NCBI GenBank assembly: GCA_001599295.1 | Contig: BCGN01000004.1 | Location: 1,241,676 to 1,305,675 of the forward strand | Length of the DNA: 64,000 nt | Direction: 5' to 3' | From: Sporopachydermia quercuum | Taxonomy: Eukaryota | Part shown: one piece after another, positions 48,897 to 59,911 of the stretch | Layout of the letters: every line of letters begins with the position of its first letter | How positions within the stretch are numbered: the stretch's first letter is position 1 | The notes under the pieces: generated by a model | The model's database searches: none | The model's input: only the letters and a program-made list of their open reading frames with translations | What the model was told of the DNA's origin: nothing | Position numbers and translations under genes: made by a program

Positions 48897-49455
48897 CTAT
48901 TTCTCTAAATTGATCGAATCACCAAACTTTGAATATAGAATACTTTTGAGCTCATCCATTCTTCCTTTTATGGAGTCAATCACTTCTTGTTCTGATTCAA
49001 TTCGTTGATCTATTGCTTCTAAATCTTTCTCTATCNTTTCTTCAACATCTTCTTTTGATAGAAAGATAAACGACTCGCCAATCTTATATTGGACTTCCTC
49101 GTCATCAACCAACGCAATTTCCATCGTCACATCCTCTAAGTATTCCTTCTCAACTTCCAAGTTCTTGACAGATTCTTCAAGTCCTGTGATTTTAGAGAAT
49201 AGTTTTGAAAATTCATTGATGTTCTTTTGGTCTTCCCATAGCACGTCTATCTGGGCTTCTTCATTTTTTGATAACTAAATTTAAAGCAAATTCCACGTTA
49301 GAAAGGTAGGTTCAGGTATGTTCCAATATACAGAAATTTCTCCAAACAGGCAATCAATAATGATGAGTTGTTATTCTAGTTCATAAAATTGAATCCAATC
49401 CCCCTTTTCCTGAATTGAAGTATTTAATACACATCATTTAACATACCATCTGCAT
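48897..49455 (-). CDS. GIM3: Prefoldin subunit 4; exons 49455-49447 and 49274-48897 (128 aa)
   Basis: EDQKNINEFSKL, YKIGESF and LYSKFGDSINLE; intron GTATGT...TCTAAC...TAG supplies the MQM start. Confidence 0.93.
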
Positions 49456-50158
49456 TTTGTCTTAGATCAGGTACTAACAGCTACTGAAACCCCAAGCAAA
49501 TTAGATACAATTAAGCTTGCAATATAATCTAATCTATAACAATAGAAAAAAAGGATACGTCAATTAGTTTTTTTTTGTTCTAGCTTATTCGAGAAAACAT
49601 CAATCAAAATAAGTAGATAGATGCCTATTTCTGGGAGTCAGAACATTTGGTGGAGAAGCCTTCGTATCTCACCTTGTAGAGATTCGAAACACCGGTGTGA
49701 TTGATTGATTTGTATATGGAGTTATTCTCATAATATATATCTATGAAGATGCATACATAGGTATTACCCCATTTCTATTCTCTTTCACTTTCTCGGGAAA
49801 ACACATAAAAATATATTACTATAGGTGCTATAGAATACAATATTAATTGGCTTCATTAATTCCATATATTCTTTTCTTCCCTTAGCTTTCCACATTCTCA
49901 TAAACTTCATATTCAAACAGAAGTACAATGAAAAAAGATGAAAAGCGAAGAAAGTTAAGAGAAGCACCAAACATTAAATTGATTAGAAAAAGGAATGTTT
50001 GCCCAATTCAAGAATAGAAACGTATTTACTAATACTAGTAGAATAAAACAGAAGGCTGTTGAGGAATAACATTATACTGATAGATGCACTAATAAGTCTC
50101 TTAATGTATGCTTGACGTTTTTGGTGTAATGCCTGATTACTGGTAAGACAAGAGAATA

Positions 50159-51622
50159 ATGAAACAAACAAAATGGTTAGCCAAAAGTTCTACTACCGAT
50201 AGATTCAAGCAATTAGTTTATCAATCGTTTCCTCATAATGAAAGCATACCCAAAAGAGTTGCTATTGCTGTAAGCGGTGGTGTTGATTCCATGGCATTGG
50301 CCTTCCTATGTACTCGTTCTAAACTATTTGACATTGTAGCAATAACGGTTGACCATAAAGTACGGGAAGAAAGTAGTCAGGAAGCAAAAAGCATACAGAA
50401 TGAATTGAAAAGGATAGGTATAACGAATCACGTTATATCCACGCTGGATTGGAATGGTGAAAGCTATGATGTGCCAAATTTTGAAAGTATAGCGAGAGAG
50501 AAAAGATACAAAGCTATCTTTAAAGAATGCGTTTCAAATAATGTGAACCATTTACTGGTAGGGCACAACCTTGATGACCAAATAGAAACAATGATAATGC
50601 GACTGAACAAAGGAAGTACACTGTTTGGGTTAGTTGGAATGTCGAGTTATAGTATGTTTCCATTTCAGTTTAGGCCAGACTATCGAATAAAAATGGTAAG
50701 ACCTTTATTGCCGATACTGAAAAGCGAATTGATAGACATCTGTGAAGAGAATAATGTAAAATGGTTTGAGGATAGAACAAATCAGGATATTTTAATGACA
50801 GAGCGAAATGCAATTCGGTTCATGCTGAATCCAGAGAATAGTGATCTACTTCCACCAGTGATGAATAAATCATCGTTGATTCGTATTCATAGAAGTATTG
50901 TAAATAAAGTGAACAAATGGAATAAAAAATGCGAACAGATAACGAAGGAGCTGCAGAAAACTAAACAAGTCACTTTGAACGAAAAGTTTGGAACATTCGA
51001 ATGCTTTTTACCCAACTCTATCCTTGAAGATACTGGATTGTTAGTGTTATCTCGTTTTTTGTTTTATCAAGTGAGTAGAATCTCTCCTCTGGTTTCCTAT
51101 CCACATAAATTTTCGACTCTAGTCAGGCTTGTTGATAGAGCNGCTCATAATAGCACATCTTCAGAAGAACAGGCTACAGCACTAGGACTTTCATGGTCAT
51201 TTGAGAAAACAGGCCAAGGTATCCAAATCACAGCTAGGAGACAACAATTAAGTAAATTCAAGCTTTATGATTATCCCATTGTTTCAATAGAGGGCCCAAA
51301 AGCTGGGTGGGGTTCAGATTGGGTCCTCTGGGACAACAGATATTGGTTCAAAATCAGTTTTGATAGAGATTTGATATCACGTATCTCCATTGAGATGTAT
51401 AATCCTCACGTACATAAGAAGCAACTATCAGCGAGAATCAAAGCACTAAAACTCAGACTGAAAGATATTCAAGGATGCCCGATTGCAATGATACATTACA
51501 GAAATGGCAAAAAAAAAGCCTTTTTTTCCACAGACTCTACGGACCACAATGAGAAACAATCAGCTAGTCATAAATCATTCAAAATCCAATGGGTGCTAAA
51601 ACCCAGTATATATATTATATAG
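50159..51622 (+). CDS. tilS: tRNA(Ile)-lysidine synthase (TilS/MesJ family), probably mitochondrial
   Basis: PP-loop AVSGGVDSMAL, TVDHKVR, ESIAREKRY, GHNLDDQIET.IMRL, RPLL, WFEDRTN and RNAIR motifs. Confidence 0.9.
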   Translation: MKQTKWLAKSSTTDRFKQLVYQSFPHNESIPKRVAIAVSGGVDSMALAFLCTRSKLFDIVAITVDHKVREESSQEAKSIQNELKRIGITNHVISTLDWNGESYDVPNFESIAREKRYKAIFKECVSNNVNHLLVGHNLDDQIETMIMRLNKGSTLFGLVGMSSYSMFPFQFRPDYRIKMVRPLLPILKSELIDICEENNVKWFEDRTNQDILMTERNAIRFMLNPENSDLLPPVMNKSSLIRIHRSIVNKVNKWNKKCEQITKELQKTKQVTLNEKFGTFECFLPNSILEDTGLLVLSRFLFYQVSRISPLVSYPHKFSTLVRLVDRXAHNSTSSEEQATALGLSWSFEKTGQGIQITARRQQLSKFKLYDYPIVSIEGPKAGWGSDWVLWDNRYWFKISFDRDLISRISIEMYNPHVHKKQLSARIKALKLRLKDIQGCPIAMIHYRNGKKKAFFSTDSTDHNEKQSASHKSFKIQWVLKPSIYII

Positions 51623-51627
51623 CGATA

Positions 51628-52833
51628 CTAAATATCTACAATAACTGGAGCATATTCCCCTGTTTCCAGATCTTCATCATTATCATCATCATTATCAACG
51701 TCAAAATCATTACCTAACTCGTCAAATTGTAATTGCCGTGCATCTTTTTGAATGTTTATTCCCAGGTTTCGTTTGACGGAAATCGAAAGGTCTATTAAGC
51801 CCTGATATAGGTTAGAAATGAATTTGTTTTCTGCATTGTTCTGAGCTAACGATGAAACAGTGAAATACAAATGACTTAAAAACTTGCCAATTAACCTTGT
51901 GTCGAACAGTTCTTCAATGTACTCTTCTGGTATATGTTCAATTTGAAGGCAGATTGTATTTAGAAATAAATCGTAGAAAGATTGAACGTCTTTTCTATCA
52001 GATAACAGGAGATCCTCTACTTTACATATCAACTCTAATATTCTTGTCCATTGAACACACGATGAATAGTTGGCAAATATTATACCCAAGAAAAAACATA
52101 ATTGCATCTCCCCTAGCAGCAGTTTATAATTATTATTTCTTTTTGATGCAATCAATGAGTTTAAGTACCATGATTTATCAATCGAATCTTTAGTAATGGT
52201 TCCTGGAGACTTAGGGTTAAAAGATTTATTAATATCTATTGTAAGAAAGGTCATTTCTTCTTTACTTTGATCCACCAATGATTTTATCAGCTCATCATCA
52301 TTGAACTTTGTACTTTGTTTCAAACTTCGTGCTTTAGCTGAATCATGCAAGACTTTTAGTAATATTTCATTTTCTTGTTTGGACGTGCTTGTTGATGATA
52401 TCAGAAACTGGGAACTGGGAAATATCCAATTTAGAAGTGTTTCATTTATACAGTGAGCCATTTGTTTCCAAGTCTTATATTCCATTGGGACAGGAGATTC
52501 TTTTGGATAAGCAACCATATATGAATAGTAGTCTCCTAATCTTGAGCATTCAGCTGAAACGTTTAATTCTCCAATTTGACTATCAATAAGCATTTCCTCT
52601 TTGCTTTTATCCCATTTCATAATAATCACCTGATGACTATGAGCAATAAATACAAGCCCAGTACGTATAGCATCCTCTGTATTTGGCGACCAGTGAACCA
52701 CATGGAATCCCTCTGGTATTAATTTAACACCTTTGAATAATTCATTAGAATTGAAGAATGAAAAGTCAATTCCCACTGAGTACCCGTGTGGTACGTCAAG
52801 CATTACTACTGTACAATCAGGTGGGACACTCAT
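51628..52833 (-). CDS. AAR2: U5 snRNP assembly factor Aar2
   Basis: VGIDFSFF...FKGVKLIPEGFH, TKDSIDKSWYL and LLGEMQLCF...ANYSSCVQW motifs; near ILS1 and ATG8 as in S. cerevisiae. Confidence 0.9.
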   Translation of the reverse strand: MSVPPDCTVVMLDVPHGYSVGIDFSFFNSNELFKGVKLIPEGFHVVHWSPNTEDAIRTGLVFIAHSHQVIIMKWDKSKEEMLIDSQIGELNVSAECSRLGDYYSYMVAYPKESPVPMEYKTWKQMAHCINETLLNWIFPSSQFLISSTSTSKQENEILLKVLHDSAKARSLKQSTKFNDDELIKSLVDQSKEEMTFLTIDINKSFNPKSPGTITKDSIDKSWYLNSLIASKRNNNYKLLLGEMQLCFFLGIIFANYSSCVQWTRILELICKVEDLLLSDRKDVQSFYDLFLNTICLQIEHIPEEYIEELFDTRLIGKFLSHLYFTVSSLAQNNAENKFISNLYQGLIDLSISVKRNLGINIQKDARQLQFDELGNDFDVDNDDDNDEDLETGEYAPVIVDI

Positions 52834-53243
52834 ATTGGACGAAATGAATGATCCACCACTTTCTGATCAAGTCTCTTATCTACTTTATCCTAACCAGCAT
52901 ATTTCAAAGCCCTCAGTCTAATCAGACCAAATACCACATTTTATCAGTCTACCACATTTAGCTCAGTAATCCTTTCAATTCCAACGTGTACTTCCGTAGT
53001 ATTTAAAACAAGTCTTTAACTATCAAATCAACTCTGCAACCTCAGAAACGAACAATAGCCACCATCTCTTCGCATAAGCTCATTAAGAACATTTGTGATG
53101 CTCTCTTAAGTTATATTAGCATAGTGTCTCCTCTCAGCAAAAACACACCATCACTACATCTCACTCCAGTACAGTCTTAGAGTTAGTGTTACCCGGATAA
53201 GGCTTTCAGAAGGCTTTTTGACAATCTTGAAAAAATGTACTCA

Positions 53244-53252
53244 ATGACTCTT
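53244..53252 (+). promoter_or_regulatory. Gcn4-type site ATGACTCTT upstream of ILS1
   Basis: TGACTC core ~310 bp upstream of the ATG, next to a Reb1-type site. Confidence 0.5.
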
Positions 53253-53562
53253 TTGATAGGCAACGATTGTAATTCGATCAAGCTATCAGATCAACAGTTG
53301 GAAGTAAGCATTTCTACTCTATATTTGATACCTCAACTTACCAGTTTCTGTATTATGGAATGAGATCTACTAAAGCCTCTGAAAGAAGCTTGATAGTTGT
53401 AGATAATTTTTGCTCTAAGACTATAAGCATAACTGAATTAGGCTGAAAACTGTTTAATCAGGTTTAATAATATTAAAGTAGTTAGGAGCTAATAGAAATT
53501 GGTATTGGATAATTGTACTTGTTTGATTATTAAATAAATATTTCTTACCAACGAACGACAAA

Positions 53563-56500
53563 ATGTCTTCAATTAGTTTCCCAAAAGAAGAGGAACAAGT
53601 GTTGGCACTATGGGAGGAATTGAATGCATTCCAACGTCAATTGGAATTGACCAAGGATATGCCTAGATTCACATTCTATGATGGTCCTCCATTCGCTACA
53701 GGAACTCCTCATTACGGTCATATTTTGGCCTCCACTATTAAGGATATTGTTCCTAGATATGCTACAATGACTGGTCATTACGTTGAGAGAAGATTTGGTT
53801 GGGATACTCATGGATTGCCTGTCGAACACGAAATTGACAAGAAATTGGGTATCAGTGGTAAGGAAGATGTGATGGCAATGGGTATTGACAAGTATAATGA
53901 AGAATGTAGATCTATCGTTATGAGATACGCCGCAGAATGGAGAACAACTATTGGCCGACTTGGTCGTTGGATTGATTTCGATAATGATTATAAAACTTTG
54001 TATCCAACTTTTATGGAATCTGTATGGTGGGTGTTCAAGCAATTGTTTGTCAAGGACATGGTCTATAGAGGATATCGTGTTATGCCTTACTCAACTGGTT
54101 GTACTACTCCTTTAAGCAACTTTGAAGCTCAGCAAAATTACAAGTTATCACTGGATCCTGCTATCACTGTGGCCTTCCCACTTGTTAATGATCCCAAGAC
54201 TAAGCTACTTGCTTGGACTACCACTCCTTGGACACTTCCAAGTAATATAGCATTATGCGTTCATCCTGATTTCGAGTATATCAAGATCTTAGACGAGAAG
54301 ACTGGTGATAATTACATTTTATTGGAAAAACTTTTGACAACCATTTATAAGAATCCAAAGAAGGAAAAATTTCAAATTGTGGAAAGAATCAAAGGTAAGG
54401 ATATGGATGGTTGGAAATACGTCCCACTATTTGATTATTTTGTCGACGAATTCAAAGAACATGGTTTCAGGGTTTATGCTGACACTTTTGTTGATGATGA
54501 AAGTGGTACCGGTATTGTTCATCAAGCTCCTGCTTTTGGTGAAATCGATTGGAATGCAGCAACAGAAGCAGGTGTTATCAATGATAGAAGACCTCCTCCT
54601 AATCCCGTTGATGATAACGGTAAATTCACTTCTGAAGTAACAGATTACGCTGGAATTTATGTCAAGGATGCTGACAAAAAGATTATCAAAGATATCAAAG
54701 AAAAGGGAAGATTAGTTCAACAAGCTCAAATCAGCCATAGTTACCCTTTCTGTTGGAGATCTGATACCCCTTTATTGTACAGAGCTGTTCCCGCTTGGTT
54801 TGTCAGAGTCAAAGAGATTATTCCTGATATGTTGAGTGCTGTCGATGACACAAGATGGGTTCCCTCTAACATCAAAGAAAAGAGATTTGCTAATTGGATT
54901 TCTCAAGCTAGAGATTGGAACATCAGTAGAAACAGATATTGGGGTACTCCGTTACCTTTATGGGTTAGCGATGATTTAAAAGAAGTTGTTTGTATTGGAT
55001 CTATTCAAGAATTAGAAGAATTATCTGGTGTCAAGAACATCACTGATATACATAGAGATAGTATTGATGGTATCACCATTCCTTCTAAACAAGGGAAAGG
55101 TGTCTTAAAAAGAGTAGAAGAAGTATTTGATTGTTGGTTTGAATCTGGTAGTATGCCTTATGCTTCTCAGCACTATCCTTTCGAGAATAAGGAAGTTTTC
55201 GAAAAATCTTTTCCAGCTAACTTCATTTCTGAAGGTTTAGATCAAACTAGAGGTTGGTTTTACACTTTAACGGTTTTGGGCACTCATTTATTCAAGAAGT
55301 CTCCTTTCCAGAATTGCATAGTTAGTGGTATTGTTCTCGCTTCTGATGGTAAGAAGATGTCAAAGAGATTAAAGAATTATCCTGATCCAGGTATTGTAGT
55401 GAACAAGTATGGTGCTGATGCTCTCAGACTTTATCTCATCAATTCACCCGTTTTAAGAGCAGAAACTTTGAAATTCAAAGAAGAAGGCGTTAAAGAAGTT
55501 GTATCAAAGGTATTACTTCCATGGTGGAATTCATACATGTTTTTGGAGGGTCAAATTGCTTTGATTAAAAAACTAGAAAACATTGATTTCAAGTATGATG
55601 AAAGCTTAAGAAGCCAAAATGTAATGGATAAATGGATTCTCGCCAGCTTGCAAACTCTAGTTGCCTTTATTCACTCTGAAATGAATGAATATAGACTTTA
55701 TACTGTTGTTCCAAGATTATTGAGCTTGATTGATGATCTAACGAACTGGTACATCAGATTTAACAGAAAGAGATTAAAGTGCGAAAACGGTTCTGAGGAT
55801 GCTATCAAGGCTTTGAATACTTTAACTGAAGCTTTGTTTACTATGGTCAGGGCTATGGCTCCATTTACACCATTCCTAGCAGAGACGATTTATCAACGAT
55901 TACGTCCTTTATTTGCGGAAGGATCTATTCAAGGTACCGACTTGTCATCAGTTCATTTCTTACCTTATCCTGATGCGAAAGCTGATCTTTACGATGATAA
56001 GATTGAAACTGCTGTCAAGCGAATGCAATCTGTTATTGAGTTAGGAAGAGCTATTAGAGAAAAGAAGACCATTGGTTTGAAGACACCTTTGAAGAGTCTA
56101 GTTATTCTTCACCCAGATGCTGATTACTTGAAGGATATCGAAGAACTTAAAAATTATGTTATTGAAGAATTAAATATTCGTGATTTGATCCTTACCAGTG
56201 ATGAGAAGAAGTATGGTGTTATATACAAAGCTAACGCCGACTGGCCTGTACTAGGCAAGAAACTTAAGAAGGATATAGTTAAGGTTAAGAATGCCTTACC
56301 AAATCTTTCATCTGAAGAAGTTGAGGAATTCATGAAAACGGGAAAGATTGTTGTCAATGGAATTGAATTAGTTGAAGGTGATTTAACTGTTACAAGAGCT
56401 CTTTCTGAATCAGAAACCGAATCAGGTCATGAAGTCAACACTGATAATGATGTATTGATCATTCTTGATACCAAGATTTATGATGAGATGAAGACAGAAA

Positions 56501-56841
56501 GTTTTGCAAGAGAAATCATCAACAGAGTTCAAAAGTTAAGAAAGAAGGTTGGTCTTCAAGCTACAGATGATGTACATGTTCAATACTCAGTTGTTCAAGA
56601 AGATAAGAATGTTGGATCTGTTGATAATATCGTTGAAGAACACGAGGGCTTATTGGTAAAGACTTTCCGCAGGAAACTGGGGCAAATTGGTGAAAAGCTT
56701 ACAGAAGCTCACGAATCTTTGTGGAAGACTGTTGCTCATGAAAAAGCTCAAATCAATGATGCCATCATCGAATTTAAATTGTTAAAGATTGCTTCTCACA
56801 AGAGTGATGAAGAAACTAAACCTTCTTCTGAAGACGAATAA
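53563..56841 (+). CDS. ILS1: Cytosolic isoleucyl-tRNA synthetase
   Basis: DGPPFATGTPHYGH, WTTTPWTLPSN, DWNISRNRYWG and KMSKRLKNY class I motifs. Confidence 0.98.
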   Translation: MSSISFPKEEEQVLALWEELNAFQRQLELTKDMPRFTFYDGPPFATGTPHYGHILASTIKDIVPRYATMTGHYVERRFGWDTHGLPVEHEIDKKLGISGKEDVMAMGIDKYNEECRSIVMRYAAEWRTTIGRLGRWIDFDNDYKTLYPTFMESVWWVFKQLFVKDMVYRGYRVMPYSTGCTTPLSNFEAQQNYKLSLDPAITVAFPLVNDPKTKLLAWTTTPWTLPSNIALCVHPDFEYIKILDEKTGDNYILLEKLLTTIYKNPKKEKFQIVERIKGKDMDGWKYVPLFDYFVDEFKEHGFRVYADTFVDDESGTGIVHQAPAFGEIDWNAATEAGVINDRRPPPNPVDDNGKFTSEVTDYAGIYVKDADKKIIKDIKEKGRLVQQAQISHSYPFCWRSDTPLLYRAVPAWFVRVKEIIPDMLSAVDDTRWVPSNIKEKRFANWISQARDWNISRNRYWGTPLPLWVSDDLKEVVCIGSIQELEELSGVKNITDIHRDSIDGITIPSKQGKGVLKRVEEVFDCWFESGSMPYASQHYPFENKEVFEKSFPANFISEGLDQTRGWFYTLTVLGTHLFKKSPFQNCIVSGIVLASDGKKMSKRLKNYPDPGIVVNKYGADALRLYLINSPVLRAETLKFKEEGVKEVVSKVLLPWWNSYMFLEGQIALIKKLENIDFKYDESLRSQNVMDKWILASLQTLVAFIHSEMNEYRLYTVVPRLLSLIDDLTNWYIRFNRKRLKCENGSEDAIKALNTLTEALFTMVRAMAPFTPFLAETIYQRLRPLFAEGSIQGTDLSSVHFLPYPDAKADLYDDKIETAVKRMQSVIELGRAIREKKTIGLKTPLKSLVILHPDADYLKDIEELKNYVIEELNIRDLILTSDEKKYGVIYKANADWPVLGKKLKKDIVKVKNALPNLSSEEVEEFMKTGKIVVNGIELVEGDLTVTRALSESETESGHEVNTDNDVLIILDTKIYDEMKTESFAREIINRVQKLRKKVGLQATDDVHVQYSVVQEDKNVGSVDNIVEEHEGLLVKTFRRKLGQIGEKLTEAHESLWKTVAHEKAQINDAIIEFKLLKIASHKSDEETKPSSEDE

Positions 56842-57152
56842 TTTTTTGAGCAAATCATATAATTTAAACTTCGTATTGTAGAAATAAATATAAATATATA
56901 TTGGCAGTTATGCTTTATGTAGAGAGCAAGGGTAGTGTTTGTATCCAACTAGCTGAATACACTTTGGCGGAAACATCCTTTTGCTATAATGCATGTACGA
57001 GATACAAAATTGCCGCTTATATATTTACAAGTTTTATTAAACGTCATATCTCTTGATTCCATTAATTCCAAATATGTATAACTTGACTAAAAGCCTTGCC
57101 ATTCCAAATGGTCAAATACTAAGAATATTAACTTTCTCTCCATTTCAACCAT

Positions 57153-57422
57153 TTACCATTTCCTTCCCAAGTTGTTTTCCACACATTGCTTGAACACTAT
57201 AAATTCAGCAGCACAAGTGTCTTTGGTCACAGTAGCGTAGGTGGCTAGTATACATTTGCCATACATTGATGCCTAATGATTTCGTTAGAGCAATATGCTC
57301 AGGACACATCACTTGTAATTTATCTTTCTCATCACCGCAACATAACATACCTCAACTGAACACTTACCAGCAGCAGCGAAAAACTTTCTAGCCGGACGAT
57401 TAGCTAACTTATTCTGTTTCAT
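57153..57422 (-). CDS. Twin CX9C mitochondrial protein, NDUFAF8-like; exons 57422-57351 and 57272-57153 (63 aa)
   Basis: Intron GTATGT...CTCTAAC...TAG gives MKQNKLANRPARKFFAAAGKCSVEASMYGKCILATYATVTKDTCAAEFIVFKQCVENNLGRKW* with two exact CX9C motifs. Confidence 0.85.
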
Positions 57423-58389
57423 TCTTAATCACTAGCAACAAAAAAGAGTCGCTCAATAACAAAACGTATATATACAAATCTTCGATGCACATGTGTAGAT
57501 TTTGTTCAAGGTATCATGGTACCACATGGTACCATTTACTTTCTTTTCTTTGAAGAAGTCATAGGATTGTATTGTTGTTGAAATTATTTGTCTCATAAGA
57601 GGTGGTCCCTATCTGATAAACACATGACTTGAATCTGTAATTTCATGCACGTGATTATTGATATGAGCATCGATATCGGCAGATAACAGATAGAAATGTT
57701 TACCGATAAACTAAAATGATAAGGAAATGAAGTGTTCATAATTAGGATGAATGGCACTAACAAGATTAAATGAGGTATCAACGTAACATCTGGGAATGAT
57801 TTCTCAGCTCCCTAAAAAATTAGAAGCTGAAAAAAAGAAATGAAGCAGTTCGTTTAACTGAATAATGCTTCGTACTGGACGAGTTAGCGATGAATATATG
57901 ATTAATTAAATAACAATTAACAGTGGATAGATGCAATTCCCGAAACCGGAATTGTACTTTAATTGCTTTTATTGAAGCATATCCATTGGTTTTGAATAGG
58001 AAAAGAAAATATGACTCATTAATAGTAGTTTGAAAAGAAACCCAATTATCTTTCAGTCAATATGTGTATACCAGATGATAGGAATTTTGTAATTCTAAAA
58101 GTGAGAATCGCGCAATATGGCAGAATGCTTCCTACTATTTAATTTCAGTGACTAATGTAGAAGGCTTTTGAAACACATCTACCAGAAACAAGGAAACAAA
58201 AAGCAGCATGTGAATAGCTCTATAAGATGGATTGATCAGGAACCAAATTTATTAGTATTGATATCCGCAATTTGGTTTCCTTGAAGATTCTTTCCCCTTT
58301 TTCCTTCATTCTGAATTATAGAGCGAGTTGTATCGTACCTCTCCCCGTTATTAAGATGGTGGGTGATATTAATCGAATCTAACCCCCGT

Positions 58390-58721
58390 GATAAGAGACG
58401 CCCAAAGGTTACAGCGTCACCAACAGCTATTGACCTTATTAGTTATTCATTCCTATCGTTGTTCATATTATTATGATTGAAAAAATTTATAAATGTAGAT
58501 AAGTATCAGAGTAAACCATAATAAAAATTCTTGTACTTTTATTTTTTGTATTTCATAAGTTGTACTCTATTATTTCTGTTGATACAACAACAAGCAATTA
58601 TTATTATTGGTGCGTCAGTTGTGGCGCTTTCTGGGGGTATTCTAGTGATAGATAAGGTTGTTTACTGCTCTTATCAGGCAATTTGCCCATCTATTCTCTT
58701 TTCTTTCTTCTTAGTGATAAG
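58390..58721. promoter_or_regulatory. Cluster of five GATAAG motifs upstream of ATG8
   Basis: GATAAG at 58390, 58498, 58651 and 58716, and CTTATC at 58670. Confidence 0.55.
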
Positions 58722-58989
58722 TATGGGGTTAACATAGTGGTAAACAAAGAATTAAATTATTGATAACATTGGAACGCGAAGACATGAAATAAGCTCTTGA
58801 ATAGATTAGGTAACTTGGTTTTGACTCTTTTTTACTTGTTAACTGGTTGAATCTCTTGAAGTAAGACTCAGTTATTCGCTGTCACTCTCGTCTTGTACCT
58901 AAATTGTACACGTTTGTTGGTTTAAACAGTCTAGAAAGAATTTCCACAAAATTTAAAGATATTGAATATCTTCACAATAGAGAATAAGG

Positions 58990-59512
58990 ATGGGTAGATT
59001 TCAATTTAAAGACGAGATTCCATTTGGTATGTTCCTTTTCCTCTTCTGTTAAATTGTATCAACGATTACGATTGAATGAATACTAACACGAAAATGGTAC
59101 TAGAGAAGAGAAAAGCAGAAGCTCAAACGATTTTGAGTAGACACGAGAATCGCATACCAGTAAGTTTTGTGTACTTTCAAGACATTTTTTCATTCAGTGA
59201 TTCAAATACTAATAATAATGATTTGTTAAGGTTATCTGTGAACGTGTTGAGAATTCCGATATTCCAGAAATTGATAAGAAGAAGTACCTCGTACCAGGAG
59301 ATTTAACTATTGGTCAATTTGTTTATGTTATCAGAAAAAGGATCAATATCTCATCTGAGAAAGCTTTATTTATATTTATCGATGATCTACTGCCTCCAAC
59401 TGCTGCCTTAATGAGTTCCATTTACAAAGAGCATAAAGATGAGGATGGCTTTCTATACGTCTTTTATGCAGGGGAGAATACATTTGGCAAGGTTTGTGCA
59501 GAGATTAGTTAA
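58990..59512 (+). CDS. ATG8: Autophagy ubiquitin-like protein Atg8; exons 58990-59026, 59104-59159, 59231-59512 (124 aa)
   Basis: Spliced protein [19 protein letters not shown]...RIPVICE...DKKKYLVP...[11 protein letters not shown]...DEDGFLY...GENTFG plus tail KVCAEIS. Confidence 0.96.
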
Positions 59513-59826
59513 TCTGTGAGATCAATCTTTTCATGGCTTTTTTCTATTTACTTTGTCACGTAACAACATTTGGTTCGTGAGAGTTACACTTTTTCTTTTC
59601 TCTTTATGTCATATTTAAATCGGGTCTGAACTTCTATGTGTTATCAGATCAATATATAGTATCGTTTGGCTCAACATATATTGATTCTGTTCTATAAGGT
59701 TTTTCCTTTGAGATACTGCGAGTAAACTATACAAAAAAAATATAATACGAAAGAACTCTGATGATGAGATAAATTAATAATATAGCAATAAAAATAATGG
59801 AAGAGTAGGCAAACAANAAAATGATT

Positions 59827-59900
59827 TGATTCGACCCAGGATCGAACTGGGGACGTTCTGCGTGTTAAGCAGATGCCATGACCAACTAGACCATCGAACC
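59827..59900 (-). tRNA. tRNA-Val(AAC)
   Basis: GGTTCGA/TCGAATC acceptor stem, TCTGC-TT-AAC-AC-GCAGA anticodon arm, GTTCGATCC T-loop. Confidence 0.96.
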
Positions 59901-59911
59901 AACTTTGAAGA

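Noticed and set aside
29681..51622. Possible CUG codon reassignment (Ser/Ala clades)
   Set aside because: CTG falls at conserved Leu positions (Ste24 GELK, TilS MRL and HLLVGH), consistent with the standard code
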